A stretch of DNA of 64,000 nt, from assembly GCA_022729235.1 (NCBI GenBank), contig JALDAJ010000001.1, positions 450,442 to 514,441 on the forward strand, in the 5' to 3' direction. The stretch is from Candidatus Nanohalarchaeota archaeon. Lineage in GTDB: Archaea > Nanohalarchaeota > Nanosalinia > Nanosalinales > Nanosalinaceae. This document shows positions 48,131-58,301 of the stretch, piece by piece. The notes beneath the pieces were generated by a model. The model was not told the DNA's origin, searched no databases, and saw only the letters and a program-made list of their open reading frames with translations. The translations under genes and the position numbers were made by a program. Within the stretch, counting starts at the first letter, position 1. Each line of letters begins with the position of its first letter.

Positions 48131-48534
48131 TTTTCATCGATTCGTGGGTGTGGCTGGAATTTTTCCAGGAGGATGAGAAAGCAGAGGAAGCGGAGAAAGT
48201 AATCAAGAGAATACAGGAAGAAAGTACAGTGATTTCTCCGACAGTGATTGCAGAAGTAAGGTATAGAGTGAGAAGAAAGTTTGGTCAGGAGGAGTCAGAT
48301 AAAATCACGGCGATTATCACGAGCTTCGACAATCTGGATATAATGCCTGTGACGGAAGAAGTAGCAATCTATGCCGCGGACCTAAGAAACAAATACTATG
48401 ATAGAAACGAAAACCAGATCTCCTATGCCGATACAATCCACATAGCTACAGCCGCGATGACTGGTTGCGATAATCTCTATACAGGAGATGGAGACTTTGA
48501 TGGAATAGAGGAAGTCGATGTAGTAGTGATCTAG
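48127..48534 (+). CDS. vapC: PIN-domain ribonuclease VapC
   Basis: MIFIDSWVWLEFF with the first PIN aspartate. Overlaps vapB by ATGA. Confidence 0.85.
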   Translation: MIFIDSWVWLEFFQEDEKAEEAEKVIKRIQEESTVISPTVIAEVRYRVRRKFGQEESDKITAIITSFDNLDIMPVTEEVAIYAADLRNKYYDRNENQISYADTIHIATAAMTGCDNLYTGDGDFDGIEEVDVVVI

Positions 48535-48547
48535 CCCAAATTAGTCT

Positions 48548-49525
48548 TCAACTGTCATCTATACCATGACATAGTTCTAGGCTGTCTCTTAGATTCTGAT
48601 TCAATCCTTTCTTTCCTTTCTGAAGCCAGTATTCGTTTTCCTCTGAGTAAACATCGTTTGCTTCTTTCTCGTACTTGGCGCTGACAAAGTTCATGGCGAA
48701 TCCGACGTCTATGAGAATGGGTAGAGTATCGAGCTCCTGGTCGGTCAGCCCAGTATTGCTCCGGTATTCTTCTATCAGAGTCTCTATGTTTTCCTGCGTT
48801 TTGTTTCTGTTTTCGTCTAGTAGAATCGAGGACGCTATAACCGCTAGCTCCTGGATCCGTGGATAGATGCCCGAGACTGAGAAGTCGAGTACCCAGAGTT
48901 CGCCGTTATCATCTCTCATAACGTTGGTCTCGCGGATATCACCGTGGACGAAACAATGAGGGAGCGATTCGAAATCTATATCATTGAATTCTTCGAGCAG
49001 AGATTCCAGAACTTCTAGCTCTTTTTCACTCAGATACTTCCGTGTCTTCTCGAACTTGTCCGGAAAGTTCGGAATCGCCCACGAGTCATGGTTTTCGTGA
49101 GGTTCAATATCCAGGGAGTTGATCAGGGCAGCCTGCTCTCCAAGGAAACGTATATCGTCCTTGTCAAGACGCTCTTCTTCAACTGTTGAGCCCTTTATGA
49201 AGTCCATTACGCACAGGTGTGTATTCTGGTAAGTGTAAAGAGATTCGCCGTTGTAATGGTAAAGTTCAGGATGTTTTACGCCTGAGTCTATAGCGGTATT
49301 CATGACTTCAACATACTTTCTACATTCAACGTCACTCCGTCTGCTGTTGAAAATTTTAACGAGAAACTTTCCTTTTGATGTCTCTAATTCCACGTTAAGA
49401 TCTTCATAACCTTTCTCAATGACTTGGTGATCTTGATATATTCCGATTTCATAGTCCTTACAGACAGTTTCGAGAAGAGACTCTAATGAACTCTTGAATC
49501 CTATCCTTTCCAGTCTGTCCTCCAT
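48548..49525 (-). CDS. APH/kinase-fold phosphotransferase (second paralog)
   Basis: FVHGDIRETNVM and VLDFSVSG catalytic motifs. Confidence 0.7.
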   Translation of the reverse strand: MEDRLERIGFKSSLESLLETVCKDYEIGIYQDHQVIEKGYEDLNVELETSKGKFLVKIFNSRRSDVECRKYVEVMNTAIDSGVKHPELYHYNGESLYTYQNTHLCVMDFIKGSTVEEERLDKDDIRFLGEQAALINSLDIEPHENHDSWAIPNFPDKFEKTRKYLSEKELEVLESLLEEFNDIDFESLPHCFVHGDIRETNVMRDDNGELWVLDFSVSGIYPRIQELAVIASSILLDENRNKTQENIETLIEEYRSNTGLTDQELDTLPILIDVGFAMNFVSAKYEKEANDVYSEENEYWLQKGKKGLNQNLRDSLELCHGIDDS

Positions 49526-49581
49526 AGAGATAGGTTGGTAACTGAAAGTTATTAGAATCCGGGGTTCGCGTTTTTACTTAC

Positions 49582-50919
49582 ATGACCTCGTTCTTCCACA
49601 CTTATGATCTGAGAGGAACTTATCCTGACGAAATCGGTGAAGAAGAGGCCTGCAGAGTTGGGAAGGCGTTTGGGACCTGGACTGACGCGGATACTGTGCT
49701 CGTAGGTAGAGACGGGCGTAAACATGGCGAAGAGATTTCGGAAGCGTTTATAGATGGCATCAGGTCGACCGGTGTGAATGTTCTTGACGCAGGCATGGTT
49801 CCGTCGCCTGTTGTCTACCAGGGTATGATCGCGAGAGATGTTGACGCTGCGGCTGTCGTGACTGCCTCGCACAATCCTCCGGAGTACACCGGTTTTAAGT
49901 TCTGTAAGGGTGAGGCGCTCGCTGTCTCACGTGAAGGAGGGATGGAGGAGATGGAAGAAATATACGAGAGCAGAGACTTTGAAGAAGGTGGGGAAGGTGG
50001 TCTAGAAGAGGTAGATCTGGAGGAAGGCTATATCGAGGCTGTGGATTCAAAGATAGAGCTGGAGCGCAGTCTGGATGTTGTGGTTAACTTCGGAAATGGT
50101 GTGACTGCGACGATAGGAAAGAAGATGCTTGAGAGTATAGGATGCAAGGTTAAGCCGGTTAACGATACTATCGACGGCAGCTTCCCTAATCACCTGCCCG
50201 CGCCGGGCGAGGAAGAGGCGCAGAGACAGCTCGAGGAAGCTATGGAGGACGAAGACCTGGGAATAATATTTGACGGTGACGGAGATAGAGCGGGTTTTAT
50301 ACTTCCCGACTACGGCTACATCCCGGAGGATGAGGTGCTCGCGGTATTCTCCGATGAGTGTCTCTCGCGGGAAAAAGGAAAGATAGTCTACGACCTGCGT
50401 GCCTCGAAGCTTGTGAAAGAGAAGATAGAGGAGCACGGCGGAGAACCTGTTGAATCACGGGTCGGACATACTTTCATCTCCGAAGAGATACACGAAGACT
50501 CTGGTATCGTGTTTGCAGGAGAGCTTTCAGGTCATTACTACTTTCCTTCTCACAATTTTCCTTTCGACGATGGGCTCTTTGCAGCGGCGCTGATGTGCCA
50601 GATAGTTTCGGAACGAGACCTCAAGGAGGAACTGGAATCCTTCCCTGACTACCCGGTATCACCGGAGTTAAGGATCGACTGTCCGGAAGATGCGAAAGAG
50701 GAAGTAGTCGAAAAGTTCGCGGAGCACTATTCTGGCTATCCGACCTCGACGAAAGACGGCGTCAAGGTAAACTTTAGCGAGGGCTGGGCTCTTGTCCGCC
50801 CGTCTTCTACCGAGCCGAAGATGTCAGTAAGAGTAGAGGCTGACAACCGGGACACACTAGATAGGTTGCTTGATGATGTGGAGTCAAACGTGAGGAAGTT
50901 TATCAGGGAAGCTGGTTGA
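49582..50919 (+). CDS. Phosphoglucomutase/phosphomannomutase
   Basis: TASHNPPEYTGFK active-site serine motif and the GDGDR metal-binding loop. Confidence 0.9.
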   Translation: MTSFFHTYDLRGTYPDEIGEEEACRVGKAFGTWTDADTVLVGRDGRKHGEEISEAFIDGIRSTGVNVLDAGMVPSPVVYQGMIARDVDAAAVVTASHNPPEYTGFKFCKGEALAVSREGGMEEMEEIYESRDFEEGGEGGLEEVDLEEGYIEAVDSKIELERSLDVVVNFGNGVTATIGKKMLESIGCKVKPVNDTIDGSFPNHLPAPGEEEAQRQLEEAMEDEDLGIIFDGDGDRAGFILPDYGYIPEDEVLAVFSDECLSREKGKIVYDLRASKLVKEKIEEHGGEPVESRVGHTFISEEIHEDSGIVFAGELSGHYYFPSHNFPFDDGLFAAALMCQIVSERDLKEELESFPDYPVSPELRIDCPEDAKEEVVEKFAEHYSGYPTSTKDGVKVNFSEGWALVRPSSTEPKMSVRVEADNRDTLDRLLDDVESNVRKFIREAG

Positions 50920-52186
50920 GTTCTCCAACGAATGCTCCTGCAGAGATTATATCACCCATTCCTACGAGGCGTTTAGGTTCCTCGTGGATTATAGGGGGTA
51001 TCGCCGCCACCTTGTAGTCTTCAAGTTCTGCAGTTCCTTCCTCTACAAAGTTGTGGAGGTCGAAGAACTGCTGGAAGTGGTTCATCTCCTTGAGTTCAGG
51101 TATATGCTTGTTCTTCATGTCGAACTTTTTCAGCTGCCCTGCTTCCGGTATCTCGCCTGTATCTGCGGTTTTGATGGCGCAGAGTTCGCCGAAAAGCATG
51201 GCGTCTCTCATACTTCTCTTCGAGATAGGGTAGTCCTTGTCCGCCACTGTCAGGTGGAATCTGTAGGTGTGGAGGTGACATCTTTGCATGTTGTACTTTT
51301 CGATCAACTGCTTTCCTGCGTGGAAGGCTTCGCCAAGAGTTAGATTCTCGTCTACATCGACTTCTAAACCAAGTAAATCTATGAGTTTCTTCATTTCGTC
51401 TTCATCCAGACCTATACTGTTGACCTCTGGTATCACGTGCTCTGCTATCATTGAGGACAGTTCGTCGTTCCTGTAGACGAATTCCATGTGTACAGGTGTA
51501 TCGAGTTTTGATATCTGGCTGGCAGATTTTTTCAGCTTAGCTTCCCTGTTACCCTCTACATTGTGGAATCCGGAGAGTACAATCCTGTCAACGTCATCAT
51601 CTATCTCTTCGAAACTGTCTTCGACGCCTTTCCTGAAGTACGGTCCGAAGCCTTTGAGTTTCCGTGAAAATATTACTCTACCAGTTTCACCATTAGAGTA
51701 CTCGAATATCAGGTTCCGCTTGGTGCGGTCGGTATTTGTGGCGTCTCGGACATTTTTCAGAGTGAAGTCTCCTTCGACCACAGGGTAGAGGATGTTCTCG
51801 TTCATCATCTCTGCAAGTTCTTCGGACAGGAACGGGGTGTAGAATATCACTCCGTTGCCTATCCCTGATAGAAAGTTTGCCATTATACCTGCTTGACCGC
51901 CGATGCTTTGCTCTGCACCTTTGAACTCGTGGTCGATTTCACCAAGTTCTATCTCACGGTTCTCTCTTTTATCCACACAATACCTGAGTGTAGACTTTAT
52001 CTCCTTGAAGCTCTCGGCTTTCTCATGTTCTTTGGGTGCAGCGTCCAGTTCGAGGTCAAGGCTTTCAAGGTCAAAGACCATGTCAATATTGGCGTTGAAC
52101 GCCACTAGAACGTCCCGGGAAGGACCTATAAGGTTTGCTGCATCCCGGTATTTCTTTATCCAGTTTTCCTTCATGAAACCTGTCAT
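50903..52186 (-). CDS. ADP-dependent sugar kinase (glucokinase/phosphofructokinase family)
   Basis: GGQAGIMANFLSGIG and C-terminal GMGDIISAGAF match the ADP-GK/ADP-PFK family signatures. 427 aa. Confidence 0.8.
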   Translation of the reverse strand: MTGFMKENWIKKYRDAANLIGPSRDVLVAFNANIDMVFDLESLDLELDAAPKEHEKAESFKEIKSTLRYCVDKRENREIELGEIDHEFKGAEQSIGGQAGIMANFLSGIGNGVIFYTPFLSEELAEMMNENILYPVVEGDFTLKNVRDATNTDRTKRNLIFEYSNGETGRVIFSRKLKGFGPYFRKGVEDSFEEIDDDVDRIVLSGFHNVEGNREAKLKKSASQISKLDTPVHMEFVYRNDELSSMIAEHVIPEVNSIGLDEDEMKKLIDLLGLEVDVDENLTLGEAFHAGKQLIEKYNMQRCHLHTYRFHLTVADKDYPISKRSMRDAMLFGELCAIKTADTGEIPEAGQLKKFDMKNKHIPELKEMNHFQQFFDLHNFVEEGTAELEDYKVAAIPPIIHEEPKRLVGMGDIISAGAFVGELNQLP

Positions 52187-52827
52187 AGTCCTTTACACAG
52201 CTCCTTTACTTTCTCCCGGGGATTTTCTGCCTTGACAACTCCGGAGGCGACGAGGACGCCTTCGCACCCGAGTTCGATGCTTTTCTCAACATCTTCCCGT
52301 GTATTGATGCCTGCGCCTGTAAGGACAGGAACGCTTGATTTCTCAACTGCTTCTTGGATCAGTTCCGGTTTCGCGCTGGATACGGAGATATCGCCGCCTA
52401 TAAGTTCTGGTGGTTCGTATGCTATGTAGTCTGGTTTAAAACCGGATAACTTCTCGCATTCGTCCGGACCCTGAGCACAGACTATAGTGGTCAGACCGTG
52501 CTCCTTCGCGGTTTCAACCGCCTCCCTGAGCTCTTTCTTCTCCAGTCTTTTCTCCGAGTGATTCAGTAGTGTACCTGATACCCCTGTATTTTTCACTGTC
52601 TCAGCCAGTACGTGACCGGTGTTACTCCCCGGGTTCACGGGGTCGATATGCTGTGCGAACATTTCTATGTCAAGGTCTTCAAGGCGCAGGAGGTCGCTGG
52701 TCTGCGGTGTTACTATAACTCTTTCACCAGTCTCTCTTGACGCCTCAAGGCAGTCCTTAGCTACATCCTGGGCTTTTTCTCCTGTCGCCTGTCTGTACGT
52801 CTTGAAGTTTACGATAATCATCTTCAA
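52183..52827 (-). CDS. tpiA: Triosephosphate isomerase (short archaeal type)
   Basis: 214 aa with the IVNFKTY start and the AYEPPELIGG active-site glutamate region. Confidence 0.9.
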   Translation of the reverse strand: MKMIIVNFKTYRQATGEKAQDVAKDCLEASRETGERVIVTPQTSDLLRLEDLDIEMFAQHIDPVNPGSNTGHVLAETVKNTGVSGTLLNHSEKRLEKKELREAVETAKEHGLTTIVCAQGPDECEKLSGFKPDYIAYEPPELIGGDISVSSAKPELIQEAVEKSSVPVLTGAGINTREDVEKSIELGCEGVLVASGVVKAENPREKVKELCKGL

Positions 52828-52849
52828 CTAAATTTGTTTCGACCTGAAT

Positions 52850-54622
52850 TTATATCCTGATATCGAGGTCGGGATTGTTCAGTATCTCGACTTCTCCGTC
52901 TTCCACACGCAGGTCGATTTTTTCTCCCCTGACCCGTTTTCCCTTCCTTTCGCAGGTTATGTCTGCGGGTTTTATCTCGACGTGATCGCCTCTGGCTTTT
53001 ATCCCGAGCAGGTAGGTGTCTACGACGTGGAGGAACATCCCGGCACTCCACGCCTGTTCTGGTGCTCCGAGTAAGTGACCGTTTTCCGCGTCGACCACTT
53101 CCGGTAGCGCACCTAACTGGTCGCGGTCGAGAAACTGTATCATTTTCTCAAGGAAGTTGAGCCCCTGTTTTTCCTTCCCGTATCTCAGATTTGCTGCAGC
53201 AGCCCATCCTGTCGTCAGACCCCATACCGAGCCAGTGTGGTATCCATCTGACTCGTATCCTGGGTCCGCCATCGATCTCGTGCGGGCGCCGTACCGGGAG
53301 GAGAATCCTGCATTAATCTTCTCAAGGTATTTCATCGCTTCCTGTTCTCCGACCTGTCCGAACATCAGTGGTACTGCAGGATTGATTGTGACAGGTGTGT
53401 TATCCTCGATGAAGTCCTTCATGTAATCGCTGTCCTGGAATTCTTCCAGTCCTTTCTCCAATTTTTCCTTCCCGGGGTCGCCTGTTATGTCTGCAGCTTC
53501 CAGCCAGAGCGACTGTATGTCGACAGCTCCTGGGCGTTCAAGAGTGTCCATCCAGGTTGCTTCGGGCTTATTATTGACTATATCACCATCAAGTTCAAGT
53601 CTCTCCATCGCGTCGTCCATCGCTTTCTCAAGTTCACCGCTGAGTTCGTGGTGTCTCTCCAACTTGTCGCATGCTATTATGAAGAGCGGTGCGGTATCCG
53701 CCCGCGGGGTGTCGTCACTATCACCGTCCAGGAATATCCGTGATTCGAGGTCATGGCTTACGAAGTTCTCAAGTATCTCTGTCGCAAGTTCGAACCGTCC
53801 TGCATCTATAAGGCCAAGCAGGGTCCAGAACGCGTCCCGAGCCCAGTAGGTCTGGAACCAGGGGTGACCTGCGATCAATCCTTTTCCTTTCCTGTTGTAG
53901 ACCAGGTTCTCTACGCTGTCAATACAGTTTTCGAATAGTCTGCCGAGTTCCTGGTGCGTTATCTCCTGTTCAATGCTTTCTATACCCCCGAAACTCCCTT
54001 CTGAGGTAGTTATATCTATCTCTATATTTTCGGTTGACTGACCCGGTATCTCCCGCTGGAAAACGATGTCGCCAGGGATAAAGCACCTCTGTTTTTCGCC
54101 TCCGGGGTAGTGTTCCTTCAGGTAGTTATTTCCCTCGAGTTCAAATTCTTCTTCCGAGGACAGCATGATCTTCTTGCCGTTACCTGTAACTGTTACCCGC
54201 TGGGCGCCTGTATCAAGTTCGTAGTCTTCCGGTCCTATGTCCTGCGATTTCTCCCGGATATCTATCCCTGATTCAAGTGTCAGCCTGACTGCTTTTGGTT
54301 CATCGGTCTTGTTCTCTACTTCGATTTCGAACCTGAGTCCAGGAAGTTCATCGGGTGTCGAGGCTTTTTCTGTTACTTTCAGGCTGTCCAGCTCGTGGTG
54401 GAAAACAAAGCTTGAACCGTACTCAGTTGCCTGCAGGGTGTCGCGGTTGAGCCAGACACCGTTGATTTTTATGGCATAATAGTCCAGGAACTTGTATGGT
54501 GGTGCCCAGTACCCGGTCCACTTGTTCTTGAATTCTCTGTCGTTGAAACAGTGGAGAAATCCGTGGAGATTTGAGACCGTTCCCGAGGTATCTGAGAGGT
54601 TTTCTGTGAGGGTGTACTTCAT
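52850..54622 (-). CDS. Amylo-alpha-1,6-glucosidase-like (GDE C-terminal (alpha/alpha)6 barrel) glycogen debranching enzyme
   Basis: GHPWFQTYWARDAFWTLLGL matches the GDE_C motif. Confidence 0.75.
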   Translation of the reverse strand: MKYTLTENLSDTSGTVSNLHGFLHCFNDREFKNKWTGYWAPPYKFLDYYAIKINGVWLNRDTLQATEYGSSFVFHHELDSLKVTEKASTPDELPGLRFEIEVENKTDEPKAVRLTLESGIDIREKSQDIGPEDYELDTGAQRVTVTGNGKKIMLSSEEEFELEGNNYLKEHYPGGEKQRCFIPGDIVFQREIPGQSTENIEIDITTSEGSFGGIESIEQEITHQELGRLFENCIDSVENLVYNRKGKGLIAGHPWFQTYWARDAFWTLLGLIDAGRFELATEILENFVSHDLESRIFLDGDSDDTPRADTAPLFIIACDKLERHHELSGELEKAMDDAMERLELDGDIVNNKPEATWMDTLERPGAVDIQSLWLEAADITGDPGKEKLEKGLEEFQDSDYMKDFIEDNTPVTINPAVPLMFGQVGEQEAMKYLEKINAGFSSRYGARTRSMADPGYESDGYHTGSVWGLTTGWAAAANLRYGKEKQGLNFLEKMIQFLDRDQLGALPEVVDAENGHLLGAPEQAWSAGMFLHVVDTYLLGIKARGDHVEIKPADITCERKGKRVRGEKIDLRVEDGEVEILNNPDLDIRI

Positions 54623-54719
54623 GGTTTGTTTCCTGTGTCTGGATGCTATAAAACCCTTATTTTGACTTTATGGTAGCAAAGAATTTACTGCGAGGTTTTT
54701 ATAGTGGCGAAAGGACTTT

Positions 54720-56483
54720 GTGTATATGCCGCCCGAAAATTTTGTTGAAGTTTCTTTCGAGGTCGCCAACAAGGTAGGAGGGATATACCAGGTCCTGAAG
54801 TCCAAGGCGGGAAAGATGAAAGACTATTACGGTGAGACATATTATACTATAGGTTTCTACGATGAGGAGAGCGCAAGCAGTGAGTTCGCACCCCGGGAAC
54901 TCCCTGAAAAATTTTCCTCAATTAAGGATCTTGAAGATAAGGGTATAGAAGTGCATTACGGGGTCTGGAGGGTTCCCGGACAGCCTAAATGTTTTCTGGT
55001 GGACTCTTCCGGGATGGAGAAGGGTGTAGATGAGATAAAAGAAGAGCTTTACGAGGAACATGGGGTAGATTCTATAGAGGCAGGAAATGACTTTGACGAC
55101 CCTGTCAAGTGGAGTTATGCTGTCGGAGAGCTGATTGAAATTCTCGAACAGGAGCTTGAAGGAGAGACTGTTGTACAGCTTCACGAGTGGCTTTCAGGTC
55201 CTGCCATGATGAATATCTCAAGTCCTGCAGTTTTCACAACACACGCCACTGTCCTCGGTCGCACTCTTTCAAGCGCGGACTACGACCTCAAGGAAGCGAT
55301 AGAGCAAGGCAGGGTCGATGGTTCTCTGGCGGAAAAGCACGGGGTTAAATCCAAGCACCAGACCGAGAAGATGGCGGCGAGCGAGGCAGAAGTTTTCACT
55401 ACTGTGAGCGAGACCACTGGAGAGGAGGCAGAAGCTGTCCTGGGAGTCGAACCGGACAAAATACTTTCTAACGGTTTCAACGTAGGCGAGTTCCCGTCAC
55501 TGGAAGAGCTATCTTACCAGCACAAGAAAAAGAAAGAGGAGATGAAGGAGTTCCTGAGAGCGTACTTCAAGCCGTACTATGACGTAGACCTGGAGAACGA
55601 TCCCCGGGTCCTGTTTATATCAGGCAGATACGAATTCCGGAATAAAGGAGTAGACATCTTCATCGACGCGCTCTCTGAACTTAATGAGAGCGATGGGGAA
55701 GACTTCTTCGTATTCTTCTTCATACCTACCGACGTGAAGAGGGCGAAGCCGGAGGTACTGGAGAACATGTCGCTCTACCAGGAGCTCGAGGATTACGTGG
55801 ATTCGATAATCCCTGAACTAAGGTCTGGTCTTATCAATGCTCTGACGTCCGAGAAAGACCCGGGGGAGGATGTAAAGGAGCTTATAGACGGGAGTACGGA
55901 CGGTGAGGCAGACTCTCTCCGCAGGAATTTCCACAAGATGAAGGAGAGGAGCCAGAACCCGCCTAATTGCGCGTTCGACCTTAACTATCCTGAAGACCAG
56001 ATACTGGATCGTATGCACGAGAAAGGGTTGAGAAACAGGGAAGAGGATAGGGTAAAAGTTGTGTTCTACCCTACGTATCTCTCGATGGGAGACCGCCTGC
56101 TTTCGATGGGCTATAACGACGCGATAGTCGCCTGCAGTGCGGGTATATTTCCAAGCAGTTATGAGCCATGGGGATATACGCCTGTCGAAACAGCAGCTAA
56201 TGGAGCTCTATCTATAACGACGGACATGGCAGGGTTCGGCAAGTTCCTGCTGGATAACACCGAGGATGAAGACCGTAAAGGCATCAGGGTACTCGAAAGA
56301 GAGAATGTTTCGGATGGAGAATCGGTTTCGCAACTTGCTGACATGCTGGAAGATATAGTCTCGTACTCGAAGACAGAAATCACTGAGAGAAAACATAACG
56401 CGAGGAAGCTGGCGCAACTGACTTCGTGGGAGCGACTGGGCGAAAACTATAGAGAGGCGCATGGAATGGCGCTGGAGAGGTAA
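54720..56483 (+). CDS. GT3-family (eukaryote-type) glycogen synthase
   Basis: N-terminal FEVANKVGGIYQVL matches the GT3 glycogen synthase signature (EVAxKVGGIYTV). 587 aa. Confidence 0.7.
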   Translation: MYMPPENFVEVSFEVANKVGGIYQVLKSKAGKMKDYYGETYYTIGFYDEESASSEFAPRELPEKFSSIKDLEDKGIEVHYGVWRVPGQPKCFLVDSSGMEKGVDEIKEELYEEHGVDSIEAGNDFDDPVKWSYAVGELIEILEQELEGETVVQLHEWLSGPAMMNISSPAVFTTHATVLGRTLSSADYDLKEAIEQGRVDGSLAEKHGVKSKHQTEKMAASEAEVFTTVSETTGEEAEAVLGVEPDKILSNGFNVGEFPSLEELSYQHKKKKEEMKEFLRAYFKPYYDVDLENDPRVLFISGRYEFRNKGVDIFIDALSELNESDGEDFFVFFFIPTDVKRAKPEVLENMSLYQELEDYVDSIIPELRSGLINALTSEKDPGEDVKELIDGSTDGEADSLRRNFHKMKERSQNPPNCAFDLNYPEDQILDRMHEKGLRNREEDRVKVVFYPTYLSMGDRLLSMGYNDAIVACSAGIFPSSYEPWGYTPVETAANGALSITTDMAGFGKFLLDNTEDEDRKGIRVLERENVSDGESVSQLADMLEDIVSYSKTEITERKHNARKLAQLTSWERLGENYREAHGMALER

Positions 56484-56485
56484 TC

Positions 56486-57661
56486 ATGTCTCTAAAAATC
56501 GAGATAGACCATGTAAATGAGAAGAAAAGGGAGGTACAGGAGCTCCCAAGGCATGATACGCCGGATTTTGCGGAGTACAAGCCTGATATTGATGCCATAA
56601 AAACGGCAAAGGAAGAGGAGCACAACTTCGATAACCTGGTGGTCATAGGAAATGGTGGGTCGATAACTTCTTTCCGGGCGTATTTGTACGCTTTCTTCCC
56701 TGAAACCGATGTTGATGTAAGACTCGTCACTACGATGGATCCAGACTATCTTAACCGGCTCTCCCGGGAGCTGGATTCGGAGAAGACGCTTGTCATGCCG
56801 ATAAGCAAGTCCGGGGATACTGTAGGTGTTATAGAATCTCTTATTTATTTCATGGCGCGTGATTATCCGGTATTCGCGGTAACATCCGATAATGGTGGTG
56901 CTTTGAAACAGATAGTTGAACGTGAAGACCTCGGCTGGATCCGCCACCCTGACATCGGAGGGAGATTCTCAGGTGCAACTGAGACCGCGCTAGTCCCTGC
57001 CGCGTTCGCCGGTATGCCTATAGATGAGATCAGGAAGGGTGCGGAGGAAATGTACGAGAAACTTTCCCCCAAAAAGCAGTATAACTCTGCGCTGAACGTC
57101 GCCTCTGCGTTCTATGATGCGGAGAAGAAAGGATACGAGAACCTGTTCGCAGGGTTTTATTCGACGAGGATGTTCGGATTCTATCCCCTGTTTGTCCAGC
57201 TGATGCACGAGACAGTGTGTAAAAACAGGAAGGGTCAGACCGTCTCAGGAGACCTCGGACCGGAGTTCCAGCACCACACCAACCAGAGAATATTTGGCGG
57301 CAAAAAGGATGTACTACCCGTATTCTTCAGGACGGAGAATCACGAAGAAGAGGTCATGAGGATCCCGGAAGAACTGAAAGAAATCGATCTCAGGGGCCGA
57401 AGACTTGGTTTACTGGACGGTCGCACCTACCAGGAGGCACTGGAGTCGGAGTATTACGGAGTGAAGGATGCTCTCGACGAGGAGAAAATCCCGAGCATAG
57501 ATCTTACTTTTACAGAGCTTTCCCACGAGGCAGCGGGTAAGCTCGTCGCTTTCATCCAGTACGTTGCGGTTTACTCTGCCTGGTTGAGGGACGTGGACCC
57601 GTTTACACAGCCTGACGTAGAAAATAGTAAAAAGCTGGGATTCGAGCACCGTTTCAAGTGA
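56486..57661 (+). CDS. pgi: Glucose-6-phosphate isomerase (short SIS-type)
   Basis: VVIGNGGSITSF and GGRFSGATETALVP PGI motifs. Confidence 0.75.
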   Translation: MSLKIEIDHVNEKKREVQELPRHDTPDFAEYKPDIDAIKTAKEEEHNFDNLVVIGNGGSITSFRAYLYAFFPETDVDVRLVTTMDPDYLNRLSRELDSEKTLVMPISKSGDTVGVIESLIYFMARDYPVFAVTSDNGGALKQIVEREDLGWIRHPDIGGRFSGATETALVPAAFAGMPIDEIRKGAEEMYEKLSPKKQYNSALNVASAFYDAEKKGYENLFAGFYSTRMFGFYPLFVQLMHETVCKNRKGQTVSGDLGPEFQHHTNQRIFGGKKDVLPVFFRTENHEEEVMRIPEELKEIDLRGRRLGLLDGRTYQEALESEYYGVKDALDEEKIPSIDLTFTELSHEAAGKLVAFIQYVAVYSAWLRDVDPFTQPDVENSKKLGFEHRFK

Positions 57662-57665
57662 TAAA

Positions 57666-58298
57666 TTGAAAATACTCCTGTTATCCAAAAACTTCTGTGA
57701 CGGAGAAGGTATATCCGAGTACTGCAAGTCCATCGCGTCTTACCTGGTGGAGGAAGGTCACGAGACGGCTATAGTCTCTTTCGATGACGGCTCATACTAC
57801 TCTGTCGATGAAGAAGTTGACGTTTACAGGGTTCCTGTCCATTTCGATGGGGACAACATCTATAACTGGGCGATGGTCCTCAACAACGAGTTGAAGCGGC
57901 AGGCGCGCGAGCTTTTTGAACAGGACGACTTTGATGTTATACATGCTAACGACTGGTCTACTGTTCCAGGAGGAGTCGCGCTCTCCAGGCATCTCGAAAA
58001 GCCGCTGGTGGTTACTATGCACTCCACCGAGAATGAACGCGGCTTCGAGGGAGAGCACGCGCCGATGATATCAGAGCTTGAATGGCAGGGCGCTGGGGAG
58101 GCGGACCGCGTGTTCGCGACCAAACACGATACTAAGAACTCGCTGCTGTTCGATCTGGATGTTCCGGAAGAAAAGATACGTGTTATCGATCCTTACAGCG
58201 GCGAGTGGCGAGAAAGAGTTTTAAACAACTACAGAGAACTTCTTGAAAAAGACGAGGACGCGTCTAAATCGCTAAAACAGGAGCAGAGAGGAAACTAA
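57666..58298 (+). CDS. Glycosyltransferase GT4 N-terminal-domain-only protein (truncated paralog of the downstream GT)
   Basis: 210 aa covering only the N-terminal Rossmann half (DVIHANDW). Ends where the downstream paralog continues into its C-terminal catalytic half. May be a pseudogene remnant. Confidence 0.5.
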   Translation: MKILLLSKNFCDGEGISEYCKSIASYLVEEGHETAIVSFDDGSYYSVDEEVDVYRVPVHFDGDNIYNWAMVLNNELKRQARELFEQDDFDVIHANDWSTVPGGVALSRHLEKPLVVTMHSTENERGFEGEHAPMISELEWQGAGEADRVFATKHDTKNSLLFDLDVPEEKIRVIDPYSGEWRERVLNNYRELLEKDEDASKSLKQEQRGN

Positions 58299-58301
58299 TC
58301 T